This document shows positions 43,017-53,280 of a DNA stretch of 64,000 nucleotides, in pieces. Location of the stretch: assembly GCA_035541255.1 (NCBI GenBank), contig DATKNR010000030.1, positions 4,171 through 68,170 of the forward strand. The letters run 5' to 3'. The notes beneath the pieces are model-generated. The model saw only the letters and a program-made list of their open reading frames with translations. It did not search any database and was not told where the DNA came from. The first letter of the stretch is position 1. Each line of letters opens with the position of its first letter. This DNA is from Patescibacteria group bacterium. GTDB lineage: Bacteria > Acidobacteriota > Terriglobia > Acidiferrales > UBA7541. The position numbers were made by a program, and so were the translations under genes.

Positions 43017-43415
43017 CTATTTTTTCTTCTCGAAATTCAGTGAGGCGGAGTTGATGCAGTACCTTTGGCCGGTGGGCTTTGGACCGTCGTCGAACACATG
43101 ACCCAGATGAGCGTCGCAGCGGTTGCACTTCACCTCCAGCCGCCTCATCCCGTAGCTATTGTCCGCTTCGGTGGCCACTCCCTCTTCATCTACCGGCGCG
43201 TAAAAGCTGGGCCACCCCGTCCCGGAGTCGAATTTTGTGTCTGAGCTGAACAGCGGGGCCCCACAGCACACGCAGCGGTAGACACCATTCTCGTGGTGGT
43301 CCCAATACTTTCCCGTGAACGCGGGTTCCGTTGCCGAGCATCGCGCGACGGCATATTGCGTCGGGTCCAGCTGCTGCTTCCATTCTTTGTCTGTTCTCTC
43401 CACCTTTTCGGCCAT
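43017..43415 (-). CDS. msrB: peptide-methionine (R)-S-oxide reductase
   Basis: Zn-binding CxxC pairs ([21 protein letters not shown]), GWPSF, and the catalytic region RxEVxC. Confidence 0.95.
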   Translation of the reverse strand: MAEKVERTDKEWKQQLDPTQYAVARCSATEPAFTGKYWDHHENGVYRCVCCGAPLFSSDTKFDSGTGWPSFYAPVDEEGVATEADNSYGMRRLEVKCNRCDAHLGHVFDDGPKPTGQRYCINSASLNFEKKK

Positions 43416-43555
43416 TGGCGGTCACCTCTTTCGGATTCGCACATTTTATCAGATGCGGGAATGCGTCCCTGGTTTCCAGTCTGCGGCCCAGCCTGCGGAG
43501 ACGGGCTTAGTGCTAAGATTTCAGCCGCGCTGGCACCCTGCTCAGGAGAACCTCA

Positions 43556-44233
43556 ATGACGGACCATCAAACTCCCGCGCCGTCAGATCTGTTGCGGCTG
43601 CTGTTGAAGTCGCATCCCTGGCATGGCGTTCCCATCGGTGCGGATTTTCCTCGGATCGTGACCGTCTACGTGGAGATTGTGCCTACGGACACGGTGAAGT
43701 ATGAGCTGGATAAGGCCTCCGGTTACCTGCGCGTGGACCGCCCGCAGAAATTTTCCAATGTTTGTCCCGCGCTTTACGGTCTCATTCCCCAGACCTATTG
43801 TGGAGACCGCATCGGTGCGATTTGCTCGCAACGCACTGGACGCCATGACGTGAAGGGCGACGGCGATCCGCTGGACATATGCGTGCTCTCGGAGCGAAAT
43901 TTCTCTCACGGCGACATTCTCCTGCAGGCCGTCCCCATCGGAGGGCTGCGGATGATTGACGGCAATCAAGCCGACGACAAGATCATCGCCGTGCTCAAGG
44001 GCGATGCCGCCTACGGCGGCTGGAAAGACCTCAGCGAGTGCGCGGACACGCTCGTGCAGCGCTTGCGGCACTACTTTCTTACCTACAAAGACTCGCCGGA
44101 CGCCTCACCCCGCGCCACCGAAATCACGCACATCTATGACGCGCCGGAAGCGCTCGAAATCATCCGCGCAAGCCACGAGGACTACATTGCGCGGTTCGGC
44201 GATCTGCCGGATCAGCTCGCCCGCTGTCTCTAA
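43556..44233 (+). CDS. ppa: inorganic pyrophosphatase (family I, long form)
   Basis: AGGAG SD. Motifs YELDK..G.L.VDR, GDGDPLDICVL and DDKIIAV. Confidence 0.9.
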   Translation: MTDHQTPAPSDLLRLLLKSHPWHGVPIGADFPRIVTVYVEIVPTDTVKYELDKASGYLRVDRPQKFSNVCPALYGLIPQTYCGDRIGAICSQRTGRHDVKGDGDPLDICVLSERNFSHGDILLQAVPIGGLRMIDGNQADDKIIAVLKGDAAYGGWKDLSECADTLVQRLRHYFLTYKDSPDASPRATEITHIYDAPEALEIIRASHEDYIARFGDLPDQLARCL

Positions 44234-44260
44234 TTTTCCGCCGCGCACGGATTCATCCAG

Positions 44261-45805
44261 CTACTGCGCGGACCGGGCGAGCCGAGCCCGCTCTTGAGGA
44301 TCTCCGCGCAGGGGCCGGCCAGGGTGCGCGGAACGCTGGAATCCAGCCGGGCTTTTTACCACGGTGCCGTTCACCAGGACCCACTCCACTCCCGCCGCGG
44401 GGATTTCGGGATGTTCCACTGTCGCACGGTCGGCAACCGTTGCCGGATTGAAGATGACGATGTCCGCGTCGGCTCCCACGCTCAGCCGGCCTTTGCGCCG
44501 GAATTGCGCCGAACTCTGCTCGAGCCTCCGGGCGGGAAGAAGCGTCATTTTGGAGAGTGCGTCCATGAGCGTCAGAATTGTCTTCTCCCGCACGTACACG
44601 GCAAGCGTCCTGGTAAACGTGCCGGAAGCGCGAGGGTGGTTGTTGTGGCTCGGCCCAAGAATTCCATCGCTGCCGATCATGATCCACGGTGTTTGCATTG
44701 CGCGGGTCACATCCGCCTCCGGAATGGCGAAAGCGGCGGCAATCCGATGCTCGTGGCGGTAGCGAGCAAACGTTTCCGCAGTCAGCCGCTCCGCGCTCCC
44801 CGCGATCTGCAGATCGCTGAACGTGATACGAAACCGGCGCTGCCACCCGGGAGCAAACCGTTCCGAATCGAGATAGGTGGCCCAGTAGGTGTAGGGATAA
44901 GCATCCGCGGTGATGTCCAGACCGCTGCCGCGCGCCGCCTCCAGCATGGCCACCGATTGCGGCATGGAAAACGTTCCGCCGGTCGAGGTGATGTGCTCGA
45001 TTTCGGCCGAGGCCCCAGTCTCGCGGCAGTCGTCGATGATTTCCTGCAGCGCATCCAGGTTGGTACCGGGCCCATCCATCGTGGAATAGCGCGCGTGGAA
45101 GAACACTGGAACGTGATAACGGTGTGCCAGCCGCATCAAAGGCAGAATTTCCTCGCGGCGGATGCCGGGAACGTACTCCAGCGAAAATGAAACGGCTAGC
45201 GCGCCTTCCCGCAGCGCGCGGTCACCCCGCTCAGTCAGTGCTTGAATCTGCGGGTCCGTCGCGGGAGCCGTCAGTGGAATTTGCAGTTCATTCCGGGCCA
45301 CCGAATAGAAAAATGATGCGCCATAGTTTACCGGAGGGCGATGCGCCCCGTAGTAACCGTACCAGGCCGGTGGCTCTGTCGTTCCGCCGTGCAGAGTCAG
45401 ATTCGTCGTCACTCCATCGGCGATTTTGTTCCACACTCCCGCCGGGTTCGGGTCGTACGACACCATGTCGATAAAGCCGGGCGCAACCACGTTGCCCACG
45501 GCGTCGATTTCTCGCCGGCCCCGTAGCGTTTCTCGCGTCACCGCGGCAATCCGCCCGTCGCGGATTCCGACATTCATTCCTGCCTGATCGAGCCGCGTTT
45601 CCGGATCCATCACGCGCCCGTTGCGAATCACCAGATCGTATGTTGCGGCTTCGCGGTCAGGCGTGTTCGCGGCTTGCTGCGAGGTTGCCGAGGAGCGGGC
45701 GCCTGCCGCGAGCTGCGCCACGGCCATCAGGACAAGGAGCTCCACTGGCAAAGCTGAAGTTTGCAGGCCTGCCACTCCTCGGGCGTATGTCGAGCGGGAC
45801 ACCAC
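44261..45805 (-). CDS. D-aminoacylase-like amidohydrolase family protein, secreted
   Basis: Composite-domain pattern (DLVIRNGRVMDP...VGIRDGRIAAV...VVAPGFID, C-terminal GADADIVIFNP...VLVNGTVV). Start set to GTG 45805 to avoid overlap with the upstream gene and to give the signal ...LMAVAQLAAGA. The start is uncertain (the track gives 45886). Confidence 0.75.
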   Translation of the reverse strand: MVSRSTYARGVAGLQTSALPVELLVLMAVAQLAAGARSSATSQQAANTPDREAATYDLVIRNGRVMDPETRLDQAGMNVGIRDGRIAAVTRETLRGRREIDAVGNVVAPGFIDMVSYDPNPAGVWNKIADGVTTNLTLHGGTTEPPAWYGYYGAHRPPVNYGASFFYSVARNELQIPLTAPATDPQIQALTERGDRALREGALAVSFSLEYVPGIRREEILPLMRLAHRYHVPVFFHARYSTMDGPGTNLDALQEIIDDCRETGASAEIEHITSTGGTFSMPQSVAMLEAARGSGLDITADAYPYTYWATYLDSERFAPGWQRRFRITFSDLQIAGSAERLTAETFARYRHEHRIAAAFAIPEADVTRAMQTPWIMIGSDGILGPSHNNHPRASGTFTRTLAVYVREKTILTLMDALSKMTLLPARRLEQSSAQFRRKGRLSVGADADIVIFNPATVADRATVEHPEIPAAGVEWVLVNGTVVKSPAGFQRSAHPGRPLRGDPQERARLARSAQ

Positions 45806-45839
45806 GAGTGATCGTAAATTGCCGCCCTGCCTGGGGAAA

Positions 45840-47513
45840 CTACTTATTTGCGTAGCGTATGCGCCAAATGGAACCCGAGGCGTCATCCGTCACGAGCAGG
45901 GAGCCGTCCTGAGCCACCGTAATTCCGACCGGCCGGCCCCAGACGGAGCCGTCCGGCAGCACGAAGCCGGTTACAAACTCCTCGTATTCGCCCGTGGCGT
46001 GGCCCGTTTGGTGCAACGGGATGCGGATCACTTCGTAGCCTGTCCGAACCGACCTGTTCCATGAGCCGTGCTCCGAAGCGAAGATGTCGCCCCGGTATTC
46101 GGCGGGGAACTGTTTTCCCTCGTAGAAAGTGAATTCCAGCGACGCGTTGTGCGGCTGCAGCAGCACATCAGGCACGATGACCTTGGCTTTCAGCTCGGGG
46201 TGTTTCCCGCGGAGACGCGGGTCCGGATGGTTTCCGATGTAATACCACGGCCAACCGTAAAATCCGCCCGGAACGACGTGAGTGATGTAATCCGGCACTA
46301 GGTCGTCACCCAGTCCGTCTCGTTCGTTTACCGAGCACCAGAGCTCGCCTGTCTTCCGATCGAACGCGACTCCGCTCCCCGCGTTGCGCAGGCCGTATGC
46401 GTATACGCGTTTTCCCGTTCCGTCGGGGTTGAATTCCAGAATGTCGGCCCGGTCGTGTTCGCGCGGCGTCGTGTCCGGATCGTCCACGTTCGAGGCCGAG
46501 CCAATCGATACGAGCATTTTTCTTCCGTCTGGAGTGAACGCGATGTCGCGCGTCCAGTGATTTCCGCCGCCGGGCAAGCTGGCGATTCGCTCCGCCGCTC
46601 CTCGTGCTTTCATGTCCCCGCTCCGGTAGGGAAAGCGGAGAATCACGTCCGTCGTGCCAATATAGACGTACTGCGGGTCCGGCCCGGGCGGATAGAAACT
46701 GATCCCGTAGGGCAAATGCATCCCGGTTGCGAAGGTTTCCACTCGTTCAGGTTTCCCCGCCGGGGTGAAACCGCGAAAAACTTTTATGTCGCCGGGTTCG
46801 CTCTCGGCTACAAACACATCGCCATTCGGCGCCGTGCGCGCGAGCCGGGGGTTATCGAGGCCGGTGACGTAGAGTTCCACGACGAATCCACTGGGCGCCT
46901 CGGGCCAGGCGTTTTCCGGGCGTTCGACAACATGCGGACCATTGCCGGCCGAGTGTGTGGCGTAGGGCTCTGGAAGGTCAGCCACTGCGATTTTTCGGAT
47001 GGTTCCGGGATGCTCGTAGCGAAAATCCGTGAACGGAGCGCGAGGTGCCGGCCAGGCGCGCATGGCCGCTTCCATTGCGGGGTTCGACGCTCTTGCGGGC
47101 GGCGCTGGAGGCGCGGCGGCCGGCAAGGTTTTGAGGAACGTGACAATGCGCCAGCGATCCTCCCGTGAAAGGCTGGGCCATCCGGGCATTCCATTTCTCG
47201 CGTCGCCGTGCGTGATGTACCAGAAGACTTCTCCTTCCGGCACGGCCTGCGTTGGTCCCCGGCGCAGGTCAGGCACATTTCCGGAGCCTTCGGCGCGTAT
47301 CCCGTGACACGGAGCACAATTTTTCTCAAACAGTTCGCCGCCCGCCTTTACGGTTGCTTCGTTCCTGGGCGTCGGGTTTTTCCAATTGGCAGTTGCAGCG
47401 GGAGCGTTGTGGAACTTTTGGTTCTGAGCTGTCGCGGACAGCGCGAGCAACGCCGCCAAACCGGCAAGCGCAGCGGCAATTTGTCGCAATACCTTTTCAG
47501 TTCTCGTCTGCAC
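45840..47513 (-). CDS. cytochrome c domain fused to PQQ-dependent sugar (sorbosone/glucose) dehydrogenase-like beta-propeller
   Basis: Signal peptide and heme motif CAPCHG. C-terminal part with the soluble PQQ dehydrogenase pattern (YAYGLRNAGSGVAFD, GGFYGWPW, SEHGSWNRS). Confidence 0.85.
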   Translation of the reverse strand: MQTRTEKVLRQIAAALAGLAALLALSATAQNQKFHNAPAATANWKNPTPRNEATVKAGGELFEKNCAPCHGIRAEGSGNVPDLRRGPTQAVPEGEVFWYITHGDARNGMPGWPSLSREDRWRIVTFLKTLPAAAPPAPPARASNPAMEAAMRAWPAPRAPFTDFRYEHPGTIRKIAVADLPEPYATHSAGNGPHVVERPENAWPEAPSGFVVELYVTGLDNPRLARTAPNGDVFVAESEPGDIKVFRGFTPAGKPERVETFATGMHLPYGISFYPPGPDPQYVYIGTTDVILRFPYRSGDMKARGAAERIASLPGGGNHWTRDIAFTPDGRKMLVSIGSASNVDDPDTTPREHDRADILEFNPDGTGKRVYAYGLRNAGSGVAFDRKTGELWCSVNERDGLGDDLVPDYITHVVPGGFYGWPWYYIGNHPDPRLRGKHPELKAKVIVPDVLLQPHNASLEFTFYEGKQFPAEYRGDIFASEHGSWNRSVRTGYEVIRIPLHQTGHATGEYEEFVTGFVLPDGSVWGRPVGITVAQDGSLLVTDDASGSIWRIRYANK

Positions 47514-47601
47514 GGTCCTCCATCTTACGCCCTCCCGCCTTCGATAAGACGTTCCTCTGCGAGCCAGGCGGAGTGCGCCAGTTTCGGTATACGATGTTAG
47601 G

Positions 47602-47677
<76 letters not shown>

Positions 47678-47827
47678 ACGTTTTATTTCTAAGAAACTGC
47701 CGTTTCATCCCGTTTGCAAAAAGACCTGCGGACAGGTGATCTGTTGCTCCCAGTTATAAATCTAACTGACTTGTCATCATCGGCTGCCTATTCGCAAATC
47801 TCGTAACTCTCTTCTGGCGTCTTGGCT

Positions 47828-48688
47828 CTACTCCGCGGCTTTGAGCGGCTCCCACTGCCAGCCTTCATCTTTCGCGATTACGTAGCCCAACCCGGGATAC
47901 GGGAAATGGTACGAGTGGACCAGGGCTGCTTCCCTTGCAGCTTTCCGGAGGAGCCGCCGTCTCGAGCGGACGACCTCGATCGGCTGAAGGTCAAATGCGA
48001 TCAAGGTCTCGGGATACTCAAGATGCAGCGGATGACATACCGCGTCGCCCAAGTACACCAACTGTTCGGCGCCGGAGGAGATGCTGAGCGCGATATGCCC
48101 GGGCGTGTGCCCCGGAGCCGAGATTGCCGATATGCCTGGAAGGATTTCCGTCTCTTGCTCCAGAAGCTCCACCTGCCCCTGGATGCCCAGGAGATTCTTT
48201 TGAGCGAATGGGACAAGGACTTCCTGGAAATAATCACCCCCCTGTGCCTCCGCTCGGCTCCCGGGCGACAGCCAGAAATCCCATTCCTCTTTCGAGATGA
48301 CGTACCGTGCCTTAGGAAAGGCAGGCTTGCCGCGATCATCTAAGTTGGCCCCGACATGATCGGGATGAGCATGCGAGATTATGACCGTCCCGATATCCCG
48401 AGGCTCAATTCCTTCCGCGCGAAGCCGGGAGAGCAGCCGGCCACCGGAGGGAGCGCCTGCGCCCATTCCCGTATCCACCAGTACTCGTTCGTTGCCCGCA
48501 TCGATGCACAGGGGAATATACGGGACGGCGATCTCTTCGGCTGACTCGCCGCGCCCGCACAGCATGCTTTCGTACTTCTCTTTCTGCACATTTGTGAAAA
48601 ATGCTCCGGCGGGGTAGCGGGAGATGCCGTCCAGCAACGCGAGACACTGGAACTTCCCCAGGGCAAAGCGAAACGCATCGGATTTCAT
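47828..48688 (-). CDS. MBL-fold metallo-hydrolase
   Basis: ATG at 48688 after AGGAAGGA, which removes the overlap with the kinase gene. HxHxDH motif ISHAHPDHVG and a later APGHTPGH. Confidence 0.85.
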   Translation of the reverse strand: MKSDAFRFALGKFQCLALLDGISRYPAGAFFTNVQKEKYESMLCGRGESAEEIAVPYIPLCIDAGNERVLVDTGMGAGAPSGGRLLSRLRAEGIEPRDIGTVIISHAHPDHVGANLDDRGKPAFPKARYVISKEEWDFWLSPGSRAEAQGGDYFQEVLVPFAQKNLLGIQGQVELLEQETEILPGISAISAPGHTPGHIALSISSGAEQLVYLGDAVCHPLHLEYPETLIAFDLQPIEVVRSRRRLLRKAAREAALVHSYHFPYPGLGYVIAKDEGWQWEPLKAAE

Positions 48689-48743
48689 CGCGCGTCCTTC
48701 CTGGCGTTTGGTGGTTTCACCGCTTTGCTCCGGCCGCACAGGG

Positions 48744-51095
48744 TCAATTCGATTCGCCGCCAACCTCTGCCAAGCCCATGCGCCGGACCAATGCCCGAAA
48801 TCGCACATCCGTGCGTAAGGCGTCGAACCTCGAATCCACTTTCAGGAACATCAAGCGGGAACATCGCTCCTTGAAGGCCTGCTCCAGGCAGACGATTGCG
48901 CGATCCATTTCGCCCAGGCCCAGGTGAATTGCGGCGACCAGTGTTTGCGGGACGTAGCTTCGTGTGGCCGCTTCTGCCAATTCACCCAGTATCCTTCGCC
49001 CCTCCTCTTTCTTACCCCACGAAGCGAAGGCTGCGCCCAGAGTGGCGAGCGCCAGGGTGCTGGTGGGAGAAATACGTCTCGCTTCTTCAATCTCGGCGAC
49101 GGCTTCTGCAAAGGCTCCTTTTTGCTGGTAGGCCATCCCCATATTGAGGTGCGCCGGGTAGAAGTTCGAATCCATCTGTAGGGCCTTGCGGCACTGCTCG
49201 ATGGCTTCCTCGCTCTGGCGTGCGTAATGGAAGCTCATCCCCAGCATGACGGTAGCAGTCAGCGAAAGGGGGTCCAGTTCGAGCGCGTGCCGCGCCGCTG
49301 TGGCAGCCTCCGCAAATCGCTCGCACACGATCAGTTGCTCGGCACGATTCTGCCAGGCTCTCGGGCTGTTCGGACTCATCTCGATCGCCGCCTGAATCTC
49401 CCTGCTGGCGCCCGGCGAGTCCCAGTCAAATGTAAGCTTGACTCCCGCCATTACCGCCCGCGCTTCGGAAAGTGCGGGATCGATCGCCAGCGCCTTCCCT
49501 GCCGCTGCCTTCGCCTTCGGAAAGGCCTCGCGGGGAGCGAGATAACAATAATATCCGAGCGGCGTGTAGCAATCTCCGAGTGCCGCGTAGGCGAGGGCGT
49601 AACTAGGATCTTTTTCGATGGCTTGCCGGATGTGGTTAAGGCCCATATTCAGGCCTTCCTCCGTCCGCTTATAGCTGTAGTACCGGCCCTTCAGGTAGAG
49701 CTGATAGGCTTCCACGTTTTGCGTGGGGCGCTTGGCCAGCAGGTTTTCGGTTTTCGGGCTCAGCTTCAATCGCAGGTTTTCGGAGATTTCCCTGGCGAGA
49801 TCCTCCTCCATCGCTAGGATGTCGCTGAGCTTTTTCTTGTATTTGCCACCCCATATCTGCCAGCCTTTCTGCACATCCATCAGTTCTGCGCCGATCACCA
49901 GCGATTCGCCACGCTGCATTACCCTGCCGGTGAGCACGGCGCCCACGCCGAGCGCCCGGCCGATCTCCTGCGCCTCTTCGGCGCGGCCCTTGTAGCGGAA
50001 TACCGTGCTCCGCGCCATCACCCGAAGCTCCGATACTTGCGAAAGACTGAGAATCAGGCTGTCCGTAAGCCCGTCGCTGAGGTATTCCAATTGTCCATCT
50101 GCGCTCGCATTTGCAAAAGGGAGTACCGCGAGCGAACCGATCGCTTCGCCCAGTTCCGAAGGCTGCACGCTTGTGCTGGCGGCTGCCGGTGTTCGTCCGG
50201 AATCTAGTTCGCGCCTCAGCCGCATCAAGTCCGCACGCATCTCCGCGGCAACTTGGTAGCGCATCGCGCGGTCCTTCTCCAGCGCCTTAGTGACAATCCG
50301 GTCCAATTCAGCCGAGAGCGCGGGATTCACTCTGGCCGGGGGCGTGGGGACTCTATGCAGGATAGCCTCAAAGATTACCGCCGACGTCCTGCCCGAAAAG
50401 GCGCGTTGGCCGGTACACATCTCATAAAGGGTCGCACCAAACGAAAACAGGTCGGTGCGCGCATCGAGGTCTTCGCCCAGTGCCTGTTCGGGAGACATGT
50501 ACACTAATGTTCCCACCGCCTCTCCCGGACGCGTGAGGTCTGCCCCCACTTCGTGAGACGGTGGTAGCGCCAAGGCATCGAGCGTTTCCGAATTCAACCG
50601 GGGCTCGGCGACCAGTTTGGCCAGCCCGAAGTCCAGGACCTTGACCTGCTTTCGTGCCGTGACGAAAATATTTTGCGGCTTGATGTCCCGGTGCACGATC
50701 CCACTTGTATGGGCCACGTCGAGAGCATCCGCGATCTGGATGGCTAGGTCGAACAGCTCATCGGTTTTTAGAGGCTTGCCACCGATCAAGCTGTTCAGCG
50801 GGCTTCCATCCAGGAATTCCATGGCGATGAACGGTTGACCCTTATATTCATCGATGTCATAGACTACGCAGATGTTCGGATGACTTAGGGCGGAAGCGGC
50901 TCGCGCCTCGCGCCGAAACCGCTCCAGCGCGCGGTGATCCTTGGCGCGTTCGGGCGCCAGAAACTTCAGTGCCACATTGCGCACAAGCCGGACGTCCTCC
51001 GCGCGATAAACCACACCCATGCCGCCGGCACCCAGCTTTTCTACGATGCGGTAGTGCGATACCGTTTGGCCAGTCAGGGTAAGAGTTTCCGCCAC
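48744..51095 (-). CDS. Ser/Thr protein kinase with periplasmic sensor module and TPR repeats
   Basis: Hanks kinase motifs ([31 protein letters not shown]). Central [13 protein letters not shown] module and C-terminal TPR helices. Confidence 0.9.
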   Translation of the reverse strand: MAETLTLTGQTVSHYRIVEKLGAGGMGVVYRAEDVRLVRNVALKFLAPERAKDHRALERFRREARAASALSHPNICVVYDIDEYKGQPFIAMEFLDGSPLNSLIGGKPLKTDELFDLAIQIADALDVAHTSGIVHRDIKPQNIFVTARKQVKVLDFGLAKLVAEPRLNSETLDALALPPSHEVGADLTRPGEAVGTLVYMSPEQALGEDLDARTDLFSFGATLYEMCTGQRAFSGRTSAVIFEAILHRVPTPPARVNPALSAELDRIVTKALEKDRAMRYQVAAEMRADLMRLRRELDSGRTPAAASTSVQPSELGEAIGSLAVLPFANASADGQLEYLSDGLTDSLILSLSQVSELRVMARSTVFRYKGRAEEAQEIGRALGVGAVLTGRVMQRGESLVIGAELMDVQKGWQIWGGKYKKKLSDILAMEEDLAREISENLRLKLSPKTENLLAKRPTQNVEAYQLYLKGRYYSYKRTEEGLNMGLNHIRQAIEKDPSYALAYAALGDCYTPLGYYCYLAPREAFPKAKAAAGKALAIDPALSEARAVMAGVKLTFDWDSPGASREIQAAIEMSPNSPRAWQNRAEQLIVCERFAEAATAARHALELDPLSLTATVMLGMSFHYARQSEEAIEQCRKALQMDSNFYPAHLNMGMAYQQKGAFAEAVAEIEEARRISPTSTLALATLGAAFASWGKKEEGRRILGELAEAATRSYVPQTLVAAIHLGLGEMDRAIVCLEQAFKERCSRLMFLKVDSRFDALRTDVRFRALVRRMGLAEVGGESN

Positions 51096-51351
51096 GTTCT
51101 CGTCATCTTAGGTAGCGGCCCGAATCAAGTCAATCAAGGAAGACCGCTCATCAGCATTCCGGGAGAGTCGAGTTTCCGGCGAGTGGTTGGCAACTCCGAC
51201 GTAGTCGCTCTTCCGGAGTCAAATTTCGAATCCAAGCCAACCCAATAATCGGGGAACAACTTGGGAACAAGCGGGCCCAAATCCGGGCCAATACCAGCGA
51301 CCATGACGAAGGTAAAGACAAGACGAGCCAACAGGATGACCAGATTTTGTC

Positions 51352-51400
51352 CGGACTTATAATCCGTTGGTCCTAGGTTCGAATCCTAGCGGGCCCACCA
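51352..51400 (+). repeat. direct repeat, right copy (partial tRNA 3' half; attR-like)
   Basis: cggactTataatccgttggtcctaggttcgaatcctagcgggcccacca. There is no 5' tRNA half upstream, so it is not a functional tRNA. Confidence 0.9.
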
Positions 51401-51694
51401 GGGATTTTTGCCCGAGGAGTTTACCGAGAGCTGTTGGCGCTAGTGTTGGAAGATGCCTCGGACTACTCTCTCGGGCGCGAGCCATCGGCAGAATCCAGTT
51501 TCTCCCAGCGACTCGCGACCGGCTTCCGTGGACGCTCACCGCACGGAAGGGAAATACTCACCCCCCCCCACATCTGCCCGATTTGGCTGCTCAACGCCTG
51601 CCCTATCGACCCATCGCCAACTGTCAACTGTGACAGTGGGAATCTCCGCCACGGCAGGCCAGGCTCTTGTCTGCGAATCTCGGAGGGAGAACGT

Positions 51695-52276
51695 ATGGCG
51701 ACTGCGAGCCCGGCTCATGGTTTGCAAGGGCCACTTCAGGTGGCGCAGAAGATCACCGGGTGGTTTATCGTCGTTTCCGTGCTGTTCATTGTTATCGGTG
51801 TCTTTGCCATTGTTGAGCCCGCTGTCGCCGGGCTCGGTGTCACGTTGCTGGTTGGATGGCTGCTCATTTTTGGCGCGGTGGGCCATTTTCTTGCAGCCTT
51901 CAAAGGCGGTGGAGCGCTCCAGGTCTCCTTCCAGATACTCATTGCTGTAGTCTACGTTTTCGGGGGCGTCTACTGCATCACTCACCCGCTCCTGGCCATT
52001 GGAACGCTCACCCTTTTGCTTGCGGCCGTGATTTTGGCCGCAGGCGTGATCGAAATCATTTCCTATTTCCGGCTGAAGGGCCACGTCGCGTCTGGGTGGA
52101 TGCTTCTGAATGGAATCGTCGCTCTCCTTCTGGGCGGGATGATATGGCTCCACTGGCCATCGAGCACTGTCTGGGCCATCGGCACACTCGTTGGTGTTCG
52201 GCTGCTCATGACCGGAATGACGCGGCTGATGTTCGGTATTGCCGCGCGAAAGCTCTTAAGAAGGGCTGAGGGATAG
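51695..52276 (+). CDS. HdeD/DUF308-like membrane protein
   Basis: ATG at 51695 after GGAGGGAGA. Six hydrophobic helices with the repeated G-x-x-x-I/L-x-G pattern seen in DUF308. Confidence 0.7.
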   Translation: MATASPAHGLQGPLQVAQKITGWFIVVSVLFIVIGVFAIVEPAVAGLGVTLLVGWLLIFGAVGHFLAAFKGGGALQVSFQILIAVVYVFGGVYCITHPLLAIGTLTLLLAAVILAAGVIEIISYFRLKGHVASGWMLLNGIVALLLGGMIWLHWPSSTVWAIGTLVGVRLLMTGMTRLMFGIAARKLLRRAEG

Positions 52277-52493
52277 AGAGTACGAACGAAAGGGATACGA
52301 CACGATAAACCATTTCATGGACGCCGTCCCCATGGGCGCGCCCGAGCCGGTTGAGCCGCGCAGTTCCTGGAAACAAACCGGTGGGTGTACCATAGCTTTG
52401 CCCATGCCCGGCAAGTCGGACTGGAGGTTTTGATTCTTCATCTCATGGCCTTAGTGGGGGCCTGGTGGCCCTCGAAATTCCAAGGAGGAAGCA

Positions 52494-53177
52494 ATGAACA
52501 GGAAATTGTTGGTGATCGCGGCATGCCTGGCGATGGCCTCGCCCATGTTTGCCCAGAACAAGGAAGACGAGCGTCTGGAGAAATCGGCCACGGTTCTTCA
52601 GGAGATTCTCAGCTCGGACAAGGGGCTTTCCAAGCACATCCTGGATGAGTCCAGGTGCGTGCTGATTTTCCCGAGCGTCAAGAAAGTAGCCGTTGGCTTC
52701 GGCCAGAGCTACGGGCGCGGTGCGCTCATCTGCCGCAAGGGCGAAAAGATGGATGGGGCGTGGGGCTCTCCCGCCATGTACGCACTGGATCAAAGCGGCC
52801 TCGGCATTCAGCTCGGCTCCACGGCGACGGACTTCGTTCTCGTGGTGATGAGAGAGAACGGCGTGGAACAGATCCTGAATGGTAAGACAAAGCTCGGTGG
52901 AAACGCTGCCGCCGCAGCGGGCCCCAGCGGCGCCCAGGCGGAAGGTTATAACGCCGCGGAAATGACCGCGGACGTGCTGACCTACTCTCGCACCAAGGGA
53001 GCGTTTGCCGGTGTGTCCTTGAATGGCGCGTCCATGGACTCGGACAACGACGCCAACAAGCGCGTGTACGGCAAGACCATCGACGCCAAGACGATCATCT
53101 CCAGCAACCCGACCCCTCCGGCCGCCGCCAAGTCGCTGCAGGGTTTGCTCGACAAGACCTCGCCGCATCGGAAGTAG
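52494..53177 (+). CDS. secreted SYLF (Ysc84/DUF500) lipid-binding domain protein
   Basis: AAGGAGGAAG SD and signal peptide. Pattern CVLIFPSVKKVAVGFGQSYGRG ... FAGVSLNGASM is typical of SYLF domains. Confidence 0.8.
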   Translation: MNRKLLVIAACLAMASPMFAQNKEDERLEKSATVLQEILSSDKGLSKHILDESRCVLIFPSVKKVAVGFGQSYGRGALICRKGEKMDGAWGSPAMYALDQSGLGIQLGSTATDFVLVVMRENGVEQILNGKTKLGGNAAAAAGPSGAQAEGYNAAEMTADVLTYSRTKGAFAGVSLNGASMDSDNDANKRVYGKTIDAKTIISSNPTPPAAAKSLQGLLDKTSPHRK

Positions 53178-53280
53178 CAGCAGGAAACGCGGGGCATCCA
53201 CCGGTCCGGGTCCCGAATTTGGATAGTTCGGGCCCGGACCAATTCTTGCGGGTTAGCTGCGATGCGGGTGAGACTCTAGT

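Larger units (their letters stand above)
47678..51400. mobile_element. tRNA-flanked 3.7-kb islet (probable decayed integrative element; no integrase)
   Basis: Bounded by the intact tRNA 3' end and a 49-nt duplicate of it. AT-richer junctions (47678-47827, 51100-51350). Cargo is an MBL hydrolase and a Ser/Thr kinase-TPR. No recombinase ORF was found. Confidence 0.45.
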
